From the NCBI GenBank assembly GCA_947502765.1, contig CANNBA010000002.1:15672-79671 (forward strand): a DNA stretch of 64,000 nucleotides, given 5' to 3'. The notes under the pieces are model-generated. The model made no database searches. It was not told the DNA's origin and saw only the letters and a list, made by a program, of their open reading frames with translations. Positions within the stretch are counted from its first letter, which is position 1; each line of letters opens with the position of its first letter. This document shows, piece after piece, positions 11,901 through 21,391 of the stretch. A program made the position numbers and the translations under genes. The DNA comes from Flavobacteriales bacterium. Lineage in GTDB: Bacteria > Bacteroidota > Bacteroidia > Flavobacteriales > BACL11.

Positions 11901-12431
11901 TGGCTGGGTGATGTGTCGGAATATCGTTTATACAGATCGGTTAATTCAGAACCATTTAACTTATTGCCAATATATGTTTGGGATAGAGTGAATCAACCAA
12001 ATAAAGAATTAAAATATATTGATGTTGTTACTTCATTTGGTGATGGAAACGGCCGCTTTTGTTATTATATTGAAGCAATTGAAGGTACAGCCACACCATA
12101 TGGACCTGTTTTAGAAGGTAGTTTATCAAACATTGTTTGTATTTCTCAAACCCCAATAATTTTTGTTCCCAATACTTTTACTCCTAATGGTGATGAACAT
12201 AATGAAGTGTTTAGACCTGTAACATATTTTGTTTCTGAAGAAGGATATTCATTTTCTATTTACAATAGAGCAGGGGAAAAAATATTTGAAACAGATAGCC
12301 CTCAAAAAGGTTGGGATGGTAGTTATAAGGGAGCACAAGTTCAAAATGGAAATTATGTATATCATCTGCAATTTTTGAATGATTTAGGTAATTTAACAGA
12401 GAAAACAGATGTCATAAATCTAGTAAGATAA
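8994..12431 (+). CDS. large secreted protein with T9SS type-B (gliding-motility-associated, CHU_C) C-terminal domain
   Basis: Signal peptide followed by SHFVGGEITW, FN3-like repeats, and CTD FVPNTFTPNGDEHNE...IYNRAGE...GWDG...GNYVY. Confidence 0.9.
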   Translation: MKKFLFLFLTFLVTLTLSASHFVGGEITWQCNTDPLSPNYGKYTFYMHIYQDCDGIDFNFGNGVESITVHNNPSLSSISMNFLDTNDISSTGISGSQPCYNCDNQPFGQFGAVREWIYISNPITINGTPPAAGWHFTWGTCCRSGAIINIPNASGSDWTVRSVMYPYTDPSGTVLPNGNMCHDNSPIFKERPKTILCTGYPFSYSHLAFDVDLDSLSYSWAQPLGGNFSYNPANPSATALAFNPPYTFNSPIPGNPTLDNENGEISFNSNTAGIFVTCVKVAAFKCGQVVAEVYRDVNVALITCGTLPNGAQNLPPMITAPLGPQNWITTLNPSTGLPSYETTVMAGELVSFSVVATDNDINSTGNLQEVFLEIVGGQLDPLLALSNPATFTVTSSSPGNISGDFLWPSNCDHMQDYGCGRQGGAYTFNIKSYDDFCPANGIVIATITINVIPPQPDLRCLAVDANGGVDLFFSFPEGVVDTAIKYDIYHSKNIGGPYALIDSIFYPDTTYFHALSNADFSHSYYYLLGTVTCGTGIGSPTDSLLYSDTLTTILMEATAINFGITADLEWNPIHVPLLVSSSLNYDLHYINSNNSDNIIANTPDLFYQMDGDNCDYVPKFYVEIPDASGCVSKSSIAMVPLKDTISPVTPIIKDVSVNNLGKAVVSWESSSGADLYIIYLQDANGAWITLDTVSSALNSYVYQNSFAETTFENFSVKAIDTCGNSRVRSLTHNSILLTNSSNACDYSISLDWNDYINWAGGTHHYNVLISETDANGNVINTIFRLQTATELVIQNISSIATYNIVVEAYNNDSTYKAVSNVLNFNIALANKPLFNYIEYASVNHDDGSVDLSCIVDLSAEIDRYDVYRSLRQDDNFSKIGEVNFSASSPIYFNDKNVLTNDYFYQYEIYPVDTCGQTLYPPPYNLPAYLNDTSFAQTILLQAEINIDYSQVSSLKSEYTNTLVFNEYDKWLGDVSEYRLYRSVNSEPFNLLPIYVWDRVNQPNKELKYIDVVTSFGDGNGRFCYYIEAIEGTATPYGPVLEGSLSNIVCISQTPIIFVPNTFTPNGDEHNEVFRPVTYFVSEEGYSFSIYNRAGEKIFETDSPQKGWDGSYKGAQVQNGNYVYHLQFLNDLGNLTEKTDVINLVR

Positions 12432-12449
12432 TAGATTTACTACAACTAT

Positions 12450-12483
12450 AAATAGTCCCTTCTTAGGGACTATTTTTGTTTTT
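12450..12483 (+). terminator. intrinsic terminator
   Basis: Perfect 11-bp stem AAATAGTCCCT-tctt-AGGGACTATTT followed by a T-rich tract. Confidence 0.85.
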
Positions 12484-12490
12484 AAAGTGT

Positions 12491-12498
12491 TAAATTTG
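12491..12498 (+). promoter_or_regulatory. -7 promoter element (TAAATTTG) for the guaB operon
   Basis: TAnnTTTG between the terminator and the guaB ATG. Confidence 0.65.
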
Positions 12499-12520
12499 CG
12501 CAATTTTTAATTTTCTAGTT

Positions 12521-13981
12521 ATGAGTAATAAAATATTAAAAGAAGGACTCACTTATGATGATGTTTTAGTAGTCCCTGCCTATTCGGAAGTGCTTCCCCA
12601 TATGGTAGATATTTCTACAAAATTCACTAAAAATATCACTTTAAATATTCCTGTGATTTCTGCTGCAATGGATACCGTTACAGAATCAAAAATGGCTATT
12701 GCCATTGCTCAAGAAGGAGGTATTGGAGTGCTCCATAAAAACATGAGTATAGAGCAACAAGCATTGGAGGTAAGAAAAGTCAAACGTTCAGAAAGCGGAA
12801 TGATTTTGGATCCTATTACTTTAAACATGTCGGCTACTGTTGGTGATGCTTTTAAGCTGATGCGCGAAAATAGCATTGGTGGAATTCCTATAGTTGATGG
12901 TCAAATGAATCTTTTAGGCATTGTTACCAATAGAGATTTACGATTTGAGAAAGATATGAATCTTTCAATATCATCAGTAATGACAACTGAAGAATTAGTT
13001 ACTGCTAGTTTAAGTGATTTGGATAATGCAGAAAGCATATTAAAAGATAATAAAATAGAAAAATTACCAATTGTAGATGTTAATAATAAATTAGTTGGGC
13101 TTATTACTTTTAAAGATATTATAAAAAATAGATTGCGCCCTAATGCCTGTAAAGATAAATATGGCAGGTTAAGAGTTGCTGCTGCAGTTGGTGTAACTAA
13201 TGATGTCTTAGAACGAGTGACAGCTCTGGTAAAAGTTTCCGTTGATGCCATTATTATTGATACAGCTCATGGGCATACTAAAGGGGTTATTGATCTTTTA
13301 AAGAAAGTAAAAACTTCTTTTCCTGAGTTAGATATTGTAGTTGGAAATATTGCAACTGGAGCAGCTGCACAAGCACTCATTAATGCTGGAGCTGATGCTG
13401 TAAAAGTAGGTATTGGACCTGGTTCTATTTGTACAACAAGAATTATAGCAGGTATTGGAGTTCCTCAACTTACAGCAATTATGGATGTTGCTCAGGTAAC
13501 ACAGAAAAATAATATTCCGCTTATTGCTGATGGAGGGATAAGATATTCTGGTGATATTGTCAAAGCTTTAGTAGGGGGTGCTAGTACTGTAATGTTAGGA
13601 TCAATTATTGCAGGAGTTGAAGAGGCACCAGGAGAAACAATTATATTTGAAGGAAGAAAGTTTAAATCTTACAGAGGAATGGGTTCAATTGAAGCCATGG
13701 AAAGAGGTTCAAAAGATAGGTATTTCCAAAGTGAAGAGGTTGATATTCAAAAATTAGTTCCTGAAGGAATTGTTGGAAGAGTGCCCTATAAAGGAACTCT
13801 AGCAGAAGTTATTCATCAAATGATTGGTGGATTACGAGCAGGCATGGGATATACTGGCTCTGCTTCAATAAATGATTTGAGTAAAGCAGAATTCCTAAAA
13901 ATTACAGCTGCAGGTGTTGTTGAAAGCCATCCTCATGATGTTACCATTACTAGTGAGGCGCCAAATTATAGTAGAAAATAA
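12521..13981 (+). CDS. guaB: IMP dehydrogenase
   Basis: [12 protein letters not shown] pair, [17 protein letters not shown]. Confidence 0.98.
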   Translation: MSNKILKEGLTYDDVLVVPAYSEVLPHMVDISTKFTKNITLNIPVISAAMDTVTESKMAIAIAQEGGIGVLHKNMSIEQQALEVRKVKRSESGMILDPITLNMSATVGDAFKLMRENSIGGIPIVDGQMNLLGIVTNRDLRFEKDMNLSISSVMTTEELVTASLSDLDNAESILKDNKIEKLPIVDVNNKLVGLITFKDIIKNRLRPNACKDKYGRLRVAAAVGVTNDVLERVTALVKVSVDAIIIDTAHGHTKGVIDLLKKVKTSFPELDIVVGNIATGAAAQALINAGADAVKVGIGPGSICTTRIIAGIGVPQLTAIMDVAQVTQKNNIPLIADGGIRYSGDIVKALVGGASTVMLGSIIAGVEEAPGETIIFEGRKFKSYRGMGSIEAMERGSKDRYFQSEEVDIQKLVPEGIVGRVPYKGTLAEVIHQMIGGLRAGMGYTGSASINDLSKAEFLKITAAGVVESHPHDVTITSEAPNYSRK

Positions 13982-13996
13982 ATTAAAATTAAAAGA

Positions 13997-15919
13997 ATGA
14001 AAAAAGTAGGATTAAGTTTTGTATTAGGAGCATTTTTTTTAATGTCAAATGCTCAGGATGTATTGACAATTGCAGATAAAAACATCTCATTAGAAGAGTT
14101 TAAAGGTGTTTTTTATAAAAACAATCACAATACAGCAATCACAAAAGAATATTTGGACGATTATATGAATCTTTTTATAAACTTTAAATTAAAGGTAAGA
14201 GAAGCTGAAGAATTAGGTTTGGATACCAATTCATCTTTTATTACGGAATTAGAAGGATATAGAAAACAATTAGCAAAACCATATTTAAAAAATAATGAGT
14301 TTGATAGTTTGATGCTTACTGAATCTTATAGCAGAATGCAAAAGGATATCAATGCTAGTCATATTTTAATAACCGTAGATGAAAAAGCAACAGATAAAGA
14401 TGAAAAAGCAGCATATAATAAAGCTTTAGAAATCAGAAAATCTATTATTAACGGTAAGGTTTCCTTTTCTGAAGCTGCTAAGAATAACTCTGATGATAAA
14501 TCAGCAGCATCTAATGGAGGAAATTTAGGCTATTTTACAGCTTTTATGATGGTGTATGATTTTGAAACTGCAGTATATGCAACTGCAATTGGGGAGATAT
14601 CAATGCCAATTAAAACTAAATATGGATATCATTTAATACAAGTAAATAATAAAAGAGATGCGGTGGGGCAAGTTAAAGTAGCTCATATTATGTTTAAAAC
14701 AGGTCAAGGAGCTGATGAAAATAAAATCAATGAAGCTCAAGATAAGGTAAATAAAGCAATGGAATTACTAAAAAATGGTGAAGATTTTGCAGATGTTGCT
14801 GAACGGTTTTCTGAAGATAGATCTACAGCTGTAAAAGGAGGTAGTTTGCCAGGATTTGGGGTAGGAAAGATGGTTCCTGAGTTTGAAAGTATTGCATTTT
14901 CTTTAAATAAGATTGGAGATATTTCGGCTCCATTTTTAACTGATTTTGGTTGGCATATTGTCAAGTTAATTGAAAAAACTCCTATTGCTGAATTTTCTGA
15001 AATGGAGTCTGATTTAAAAAGAATGATTGAGAAAGATAGTAGGGGTGAATTAAGTCAGAAAGCGCTTTATGAAAAATTAAATAATTCTTATAAAGTTAGT
15101 AAGAAAGTAACGGAATATAATACCTTTAAAAAAGCAGCTGCTTTAAAGGTTTCGGAAGGGAATTTTGTTGTTTCATCTGTAAACAATGCTTCCCTCTTAA
15201 CTTTTGATGGGGCAACTTTTTCAGTGAATGATTTTGCAGAATATATTTTAAAAAATCAATCTCTAGGAAGTGATATTGATCAAATGTATATTGATTTTGT
15301 TAATGAGCAATTACTCGCTTATGAAGACAGTAAATTAGAAGAAAAATATCCTCAGTACAAAGCCTTACTTAAAGAATATAGAGAAGGAATTTTATTATTT
15401 GATTTAACTAATAAAAAAGTATGGGAAAAAGCAGTTGAAGATACTACTGGTTTGCAAGCTTTTTTTGGAGCCAATCAATCATCTTACATTTGGCCTGATA
15501 GAGTAGATGCTACAATTTATACTTGTATTAATTATGCAACAGCTGTAAAAGTTAAAAGGAATATTTATAAAAAAAATAGAGGCAAGATTACTGATGCTGA
15601 GATATTAAAAGAAATAAATACTAACGCTCCTTTAAGTTTGCAAATAAATACTAAGAAATTTGTAAAAGGAGAAAATGAATATCTAGACAATATTGTTTGG
15701 AAAGCAGGATTAGCTAAGGATATTGTATTGAAAGATAAGTCATATATTTTAATTGACATCCATCAGGTACTTCCTTCAGGAGTTAAGGAGTTAAATGAAA
15801 CTAGAGGTAAAGTTATTTCTGATTATCAAAATGCTTTAGAAAAAGAGTGGCTTGCTAATTTAAAGTCAAAATATTCCGTAAAAATAAATACGGAAGTTCT
15901 TCATTCATTAATAAAGTAA
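13997..15919 (+). CDS. periplasmic parvulin-type peptidyl-prolyl isomerase (two rotamase domains)
   Basis: Signal peptide; ASHILI...GGNLG...YGYHLI and AHIMF...SED...GGSL...FGWHIV. Confidence 0.9.
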   Translation: MKKVGLSFVLGAFFLMSNAQDVLTIADKNISLEEFKGVFYKNNHNTAITKEYLDDYMNLFINFKLKVREAEELGLDTNSSFITELEGYRKQLAKPYLKNNEFDSLMLTESYSRMQKDINASHILITVDEKATDKDEKAAYNKALEIRKSIINGKVSFSEAAKNNSDDKSAASNGGNLGYFTAFMMVYDFETAVYATAIGEISMPIKTKYGYHLIQVNNKRDAVGQVKVAHIMFKTGQGADENKINEAQDKVNKAMELLKNGEDFADVAERFSEDRSTAVKGGSLPGFGVGKMVPEFESIAFSLNKIGDISAPFLTDFGWHIVKLIEKTPIAEFSEMESDLKRMIEKDSRGELSQKALYEKLNNSYKVSKKVTEYNTFKKAAALKVSEGNFVVSSVNNASLLTFDGATFSVNDFAEYILKNQSLGSDIDQMYIDFVNEQLLAYEDSKLEEKYPQYKALLKEYREGILLFDLTNKKVWEKAVEDTTGLQAFFGANQSSYIWPDRVDATIYTCINYATAVKVKRNIYKKNRGKITDAEILKEINTNAPLSLQINTKKFVKGENEYLDNIVWKAGLAKDIVLKDKSYILIDIHQVLPSGVKELNETRGKVISDYQNALEKEWLANLKSKYSVKINTEVLHSLIK

Positions 15920-15923
15920 TATT

Positions 15924-16757
15924 TTGATTCAAAAGTTTTTTATAATATTAGCAATACCTGTATTACTTTTTGCTTGTTCTTCTAAAGAGAAAGATGGGAT
16001 TATTGCTAGTGTTAATGAGAAAGAACTATTTTTATCTGATATAATAGATAATATGCCAAATGAGATTGAAGATTCTGCATATTTTGTAGAAAAATTTACG
16101 AATGATTGGATTAGAAAAGAGCTGATGATATCTTATGCAGAGATGAATTTAAGTACGGATTTATTAGAGTATGAAAAGCAAATTAAAGATTATAGAGCAT
16201 CATTATTGATTTACGCATATCAACAGGAGCTCCTAAATCAGAATTTTGATACTGCAATTGCATTTGCTGAAATTGAAAATTATTATGATCTCTATAAAAA
16301 TGAATTTAAATTAAGTAACAATATTTTTAAAGGTCGATTTATTGTAATTGATAAATCAGCTCCTAATTTAAATTCTGTAGATAAATGGTATAAATCAGAA
16401 AAAGAAACTGCTATTAAGGATTTGGAAGATTATTGTCAGCAATTTTCTAAAGAGTATTACCTAGAATATGATAAATGGCAATACTTTTCAATTTTTAATT
16501 CTAAATTGCCAAATTTTATAGAAGAGGAAGCATCTTTTTTAAGAAGTACAAAAGGCATTTTTTTTGAAGATGAAACTTTAAGATATTATGTGTTTATCAA
16601 AGACTATCAAATAAAAGGAAGTATTAGCCCGTTAGCTTTTGAAAAAGAGAAAATTAAGGATGTACTTCTTAATAAAAAGAAAATAGATTATTTAAAGCAA
16701 TTGGAAGATGAATTGTATCAGAATGCTTTAGCCAAGAAAAAAATAAAAATTTACTAA
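15924..16757 (+). CDS. lipoprotein, PrsA/PPIase-like hypothetical
   Basis: Lipobox LFAC and IASVNEKELF N-terminus; sits between two PPIase genes. No clear catalytic motif. Confidence 0.65.
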   Translation: MIQKFFIILAIPVLLFACSSKEKDGIIASVNEKELFLSDIIDNMPNEIEDSAYFVEKFTNDWIRKELMISYAEMNLSTDLLEYEKQIKDYRASLLIYAYQQELLNQNFDTAIAFAEIENYYDLYKNEFKLSNNIFKGRFIVIDKSAPNLNSVDKWYKSEKETAIKDLEDYCQQFSKEYYLEYDKWQYFSIFNSKLPNFIEEEASFLRSTKGIFFEDETLRYYVFIKDYQIKGSISPLAFEKEKIKDVLLNKKKIDYLKQLEDELYQNALAKKKIKIY

Positions 16758-18082
16758 TGAAGAAGATTTTTAATATAATTATTTTTAGTTTTTTAGTTTT
16801 AAGTATTAGTGCACAATCAATTGATAAGGTTGAAGCAATAATTGGAGATGAGATAGTACTTACATCAGATATTGAATCACAATATTTGCAATATTTATCA
16901 CAAGAGAATATACAATCAGAAGAGGTAAAGTGTGAAATAATTGAGGATATTTTATTTCAGAAACTACTTATCAATCAAGCTAAAATGGATAGTGTAGTAG
17001 TAACTGATGAAGATATTGCTACTGAAATTGACAAAAGATTAAATTATTTCGAAAGTCAATTAGGTTCTATTGAAAAAGTAGAAGCCTATTTTGGAAAATT
17101 AAAAGCTGAGATTGAACTAGAGCTAGGTAAAGTAATTAAGAATCAGTTTTTGGCTCAAAAAGTGCAAAGCTCTATTTCCTCTGATGTAAAAGTAACTCCT
17201 GCTGAAGTTAAAGAATTTTTTAATAAGCAAGAAAAATTGGATATTCCACAAGTTCCCTCTAAAGTAGAAATCACTCAAATAATTATAAAACCAGAAATTT
17301 CGAATGAGCAAAAAGATAAATTACGAGCTAAGCTAAATGACTTTAGAGCGCGCGTGTATAAAGGAGAAGATTTTAAGATGTTGGCAACTTTGTATTCTGA
17401 TGATCCTGGTTCCGCTTCTAAAGGTGGTGAGCTTGGTTTTGTAAATAGGGGAGATTTAGTTCCTGAGTTTGAGAGAGCAGCTTTTAGATTAAAAGAAGGA
17501 GAAATATCAGAAGTAGTAGAATCTCAATTTGGTTTCCATATTATTCAACTAATTCAAAGGAGAGGAGAGCAAATCAATGTTCGTCATATTTTATTAAAAA
17601 CTAAGGTTAGCTCAACCGCACTAAATAATGCCAAACTTAAAATTGAAGAGATTGAAAAAGAAATTAAGGATGGAAAAATTACTTTTGAGCAGGCAATTAC
17701 TAAGTATAGTGATGATGAAAGCAAAAATAATGGGGGTTTATTATTAAATCCAAATACTATGTCCACAATGCATACTATAGATGATATGGCTCCTGCTTTA
17801 AAATATACTGTTGAAAATCTAAAAGTTGCTGAGATTTCTTCTTCTGCGCTTATGCAGATGCCTGATGAAACTCAGGCTTATCGAATTTTAAAACTAACTA
17901 AGAAAATAGAATCACATACGGCTAACTTAGTTGATGATTTTTCAATGATTAAGGATTTTGCTATCAACCTTAAAAAGCAAGATGAGCTAATGGTGTGGAT
18001 TCAAAAAACAATTGATAAAACCTATATTAAGATTAATGAGGATCTTTTAAACTGTGGGTTCAAAAATAAATGGGTAAAATAA
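16757..18082 (+). CDS. surA: SurA-like chaperone/PPIase
   Basis: IDKVEAIIGDEIVLTSDI N-domain; SDDPGSASKGGELG...VPEFE...FGFHII rotamase. Confidence 0.88.
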   Translation: MKKIFNIIIFSFLVLSISAQSIDKVEAIIGDEIVLTSDIESQYLQYLSQENIQSEEVKCEIIEDILFQKLLINQAKMDSVVVTDEDIATEIDKRLNYFESQLGSIEKVEAYFGKLKAEIELELGKVIKNQFLAQKVQSSISSDVKVTPAEVKEFFNKQEKLDIPQVPSKVEITQIIIKPEISNEQKDKLRAKLNDFRARVYKGEDFKMLATLYSDDPGSASKGGELGFVNRGDLVPEFERAAFRLKEGEISEVVESQFGFHIIQLIQRRGEQINVRHILLKTKVSSTALNNAKLKIEEIEKEIKDGKITFEQAITKYSDDESKNNGGLLLNPNTMSTMHTIDDMAPALKYTVENLKVAEISSSALMQMPDETQAYRILKLTKKIESHTANLVDDFSMIKDFAINLKKQDELMVWIQKTIDKTYIKINEDLLNCGFKNKWVK

Positions 18083-18083
18083 T

Positions 18084-19040
18084 ATGAGTGATGAAGTAAA
18101 AGCTATTGATGAATTTGTTGTAAAGTACAATGAATTTAAGAATGAGATAGGAAAAGTTATTGTAGGCCAAGATGCTGTTGTTCAACAAGTTCTAATTTCT
18201 ATTTTTTGTAATGGACATTGTTTGTTAGTAGGAGTTCCTGGTTTGGCTAAAACCCTCTTGGTTCAAACAATTGCAGACTCCTTAGGGCTTAATTTTAACC
18301 GTATTCAATTTACTCCAGATTTAATGCCTTCAGACATAGTTGGGGCTGAAATATTAGACGAGAAAAGAGAATTTAAATTTATTAAAGGCCCTTTATTTTC
18401 TAATATAATTTTAGCAGATGAGATTAATAGAACACCTCCTAAAACCCAATCAGCTTTACTAGAGGCTATGCAAGAGCGCTCTGTTACGAATGCTGGGAAA
18501 AAATATGAGTTAGACAAACCATTTTTTGTATTGGCTACTCAAAATCCTATTGAGCAAGAAGGTACTTACCCATTACCTGAAGCCCAACTTGACAGATTCA
18601 TGTTTAATGTAGTTTTAGATTACCCTTCATATGAGGAGGAATTACAAATTGTAAAGCAGACAACAGTTAAGCAAAATATTACTTTAAATACCATTATGTA
18701 TGCTGATGATATTTTGAGATTTCAGCAGGTAATTACTAAATTACCAGTTACTGATAATGTTTTGCAATATGCAGTAGGTTTAGTAGCAAAAACTCGGCCA
18801 AACTCTGATAAAACAGATGATGTGGTAAAAGAATATATAGAGTGGGGAGCTGGCCCAAGAGCATCACAATACATGATAATGGGAGCAAAATGTCATGCTG
18901 CTATTAATGGTAAGTATTCTCCTGATATTGAAGATGTAAAAGCGGTTGCAAAACCAATATTAATGCACAGATTAGTAAAAAATTATAAAGCAGAAGCTGA
19001 GGGAATGAGTATTGAAAAAATCATTGAGTCAATTTTATAA
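18084..19040 (+). CDS. MoxR-family AAA+ ATPase
   Basis: GVPGLAKT, RIQFTPDLMPSD, DEINR, ATQNPIEQEGTYPLPEAQLDRF. Confidence 0.95.
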   Translation: MSDEVKAIDEFVVKYNEFKNEIGKVIVGQDAVVQQVLISIFCNGHCLLVGVPGLAKTLLVQTIADSLGLNFNRIQFTPDLMPSDIVGAEILDEKREFKFIKGPLFSNIILADEINRTPPKTQSALLEAMQERSVTNAGKKYELDKPFFVLATQNPIEQEGTYPLPEAQLDRFMFNVVLDYPSYEEELQIVKQTTVKQNITLNTIMYADDILRFQQVITKLPVTDNVLQYAVGLVAKTRPNSDKTDDVVKEYIEWGAGPRASQYMIMGAKCHAAINGKYSPDIEDVKAVAKPILMHRLVKNYKAEAEGMSIEKIIESIL

Positions 19041-19600
19041 TGATATTGCCAATTGTAGCTTTTGGAGCCCCAATTTTAAGAAAGAATTGTGTAAATATTA
19101 CACATGAATACCCAGAGTTAGATGCTTTATTAGTTAATATGTGGGAAACAATGTATGAGGCTAGTGGTGTTGGCCTAGCTGCTCCTCAAATTAATAAAGC
19201 TATTAGACTATTTTTGATTGATACAACTCCATTTGTAGATGATGAGAAAGAATTACCAGTACAAGTCGTTAAGAAAGTATTTATCAACCCTAGAATCATT
19301 GAAGAAACAGGGGAGGAGTGGGAGTTTAATGAGGGCTGTTTATCGATTCCAGAAATAAGGGAAGATGTTTCTAGAAAATCGTCTATTACTATTGAGTATT
19401 TTGACGAGAATTTTGACAAGCACACTGCTATTTTTGATGGTTTAGTAGCTCGTGTTATCCAACATGAGTATGATCATATAAATGGTGTTTTATTTACTGA
19501 TAAAATATCTCCATTAAGAAAAAAAATGATAAAAGGTAAGCTTATGGATATCACTAATGGAAAAGTGAGTGCTACTTATAAGATGAGATTTTTGAAATAG
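19040..19600 (+). CDS. def: peptide deformylase
   Basis: GVGLAAPQ, EGCLS, QHEYDH. Confidence 0.97.
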   Translation: MILPIVAFGAPILRKNCVNITHEYPELDALLVNMWETMYEASGVGLAAPQINKAIRLFLIDTTPFVDDEKELPVQVVKKVFINPRIIEETGEEWEFNEGCLSIPEIREDVSRKSSITIEYFDENFDKHTAIFDGLVARVIQHEYDHINGVLFTDKISPLRKKMIKGKLMDITNGKVSATYKMRFLK

Positions 19601-19601
19601 T

Positions 19602-20213
19602 TTACTTAATCAAAACTTTAAACATTTCTTGTTCTCCAATAAAACCATTTAAGAGATCCCCTTTTTCTACTTTACCTACTCCCTCTGGAGTTCCGGTAAA
19701 AATTAAATCTCCAATTTTTAAAGAATAGAATTTTGATAAATAAGCTATTATTTTATCAAACTTAAATATCATTTCAGAACTATTTCCTAGTTGAACTTGT
19801 TTTCCATTTTTATTTAAAGAAAATGTAATATTATCAAGCTCTAAATCTGATTTTTCAATAAAAGTGCTACTAATTTGTGCAGATCCATCAAAACCTTTTG
19901 CTTTTTCCCAAGGCAGGCCCTTCGCTTTACATTCCTGCTGAATATCACGAGCCGTAAAATCAATTCCTAAACCAATTTCTGAGTAGTACTTATGAGCAAA
20001 CTTTTCTTCAATATGTTTACCAGGCTTGTTAATTTTCACAACTAATTCTACTTCATAGTGAATGTCATTAGAAAAATGGGGAATAAAAAATGGATGACCT
20101 TTGGGCTGAATGGCTGTTTCAGGTTTTAGAAAGAATAAAGGTTCAGTAGGGACAGTATTGCCTAATTCCTGGGCATGTTTTGCATAGTTTCTTCCAATAC
20201 ATAATATCTTCAT
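19602..20213 (-). CDS. fumarylacetoacetate hydrolase-family protein
   Basis: CIGRNYAKH, HYEVEL, DFTARD, GDLIFTGTPEGVG. Confidence 0.93.
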   Translation of the reverse strand: MKILCIGRNYAKHAQELGNTVPTEPLFFLKPETAIQPKGHPFFIPHFSNDIHYEVELVVKINKPGKHIEEKFAHKYYSEIGLGIDFTARDIQQECKAKGLPWEKAKGFDGSAQISSTFIEKSDLELDNITFSLNKNGKQVQLGNSSEMIFKFDKIIAYLSKFYSLKIGDLIFTGTPEGVGKVEKGDLLNGFIGEQEMFKVLIK

Positions 20214-20566
20214 AATCTGTTACCCTTTTTATCAAAATTTTTGTTCAACTCTATTTCTGTTTTCCAAATTGATAATCCTAGCAATAGAAGGAGAATTGCA
20301 GTAGATGCCAGTAATCCATCTTCAGATTGATATTTCATAAGTATTATAATGGCTTGTACTAAGGAAGTTATTAGGGACGCAACAAGTAAATATTTTGTAC
20401 TTACTTTATTTGCAAAGTCCCATACTTTTTGGTTTTGCATACTTCTATTTGTTCGATAACCATATAATGGATTTATTTTCTTTGGTGGAAATTTATAAAA
20501 AATATAAGTAAGTATAACCATTAATGGTCCGCAACTAAGATGGGCTATTAATATCTTTACATCCAT
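20210..20566 (-). CDS. SdpI-family membrane protein
   Basis: PPKKINPLYGYRT...W.FAN motif and three hydrophobic segments. Confidence 0.8.
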   Translation of the reverse strand: MDVKILIAHLSCGPLMVILTYIFYKFPPKKINPLYGYRTNRSMQNQKVWDFANKVSTKYLLVASLITSLVQAIIILMKYQSEDGLLASTAILLLLLGLSIWKTEIELNKNFDKKGNRL

Positions 20567-21351
20567 TAAGATTTAAACTTATTTTCTAATTTCATTTTTA
20601 TGGCAAAATTACGCATTACATTTTTGGTGTATAAAGGGAATTCTGCATTCTGTATCCAAGAAAAATAGCCAGGATTATCATTCCATATTTGAGCTAAAGT
20701 TACATCACGATACTTGCCAAAACTTAATATCTCTTCTCCGCTTTCATTAAATCGAATGAAACCCGCCATATCAGCAAATTTTCCTCCTCTCTCTGAAAAT
20801 TCAGCAAGAAAATGTACATCATTTTCTAATTCTTCATATTTATCTAACTGAGCTAATAGTACTTCATAAGTTGCATTGGTATCAGCCTGAGCAGAGTGGG
20901 CATTTGTTAAATCTTTATTGCAATAAAATTGGTAAGCCGCTACCAGGGTTCTTTGTTCTAATTTGTGAAATATATTTTGAACATCAACAGCTTTTCTATT
21001 TGCCATATCAAAGTCAATTTCAGCTCTTAAAAACTCTTCAGCAAGTAGTGGGATATCAAATTTGTTAGAGTTATAGCCTGCTAAATCGCAATTGTGTATT
21101 AGCTCTGAAATTTCGGGTGCTAATTCTTTAAAAGTAGGTTCATTTGCTACTTTCTCATCTGATATTCCGTGAATAGCAGTAGTTTCTAAGGGAATTGGAA
21201 TTATAGGATTTACTAGCCAAGTTTTACTTTCTTTATTGCCGTTTGGAAATACTTTTAGAATTGCTATTTCAACAATTCTATCTGTTGCAACTTGCACTCC
21301 TGTTGTTTCCAAATCAAAGAATACAATGGGTTTTTTTAGTTTTAAATTCAT
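20566..21351 (-). CDS. DEDDh 3'-5' exonuclease (DNA pol III epsilon-like)
   Basis: FFDLETTG, YNSNKFD, AHSAQAD, C-terminal FGKY. Confidence 0.92.
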   Translation of the reverse strand: MNLKLKKPIVFFDLETTGVQVATDRIVEIAILKVFPNGNKESKTWLVNPIIPIPLETTAIHGISDEKVANEPTFKELAPEISELIHNCDLAGYNSNKFDIPLLAEEFLRAEIDFDMANRKAVDVQNIFHKLEQRTLVAAYQFYCNKDLTNAHSAQADTNATYEVLLAQLDKYEELENDVHFLAEFSERGGKFADMAGFIRFNESGEEILSFGKYRDVTLAQIWNDNPGYFSWIQNAEFPLYTKNVMRNFAIKMKLENKFKS

Positions 21352-21391
21352 AATACGAAAGTAAAATTTTAGTGGAACTAAAAATTTGGCT

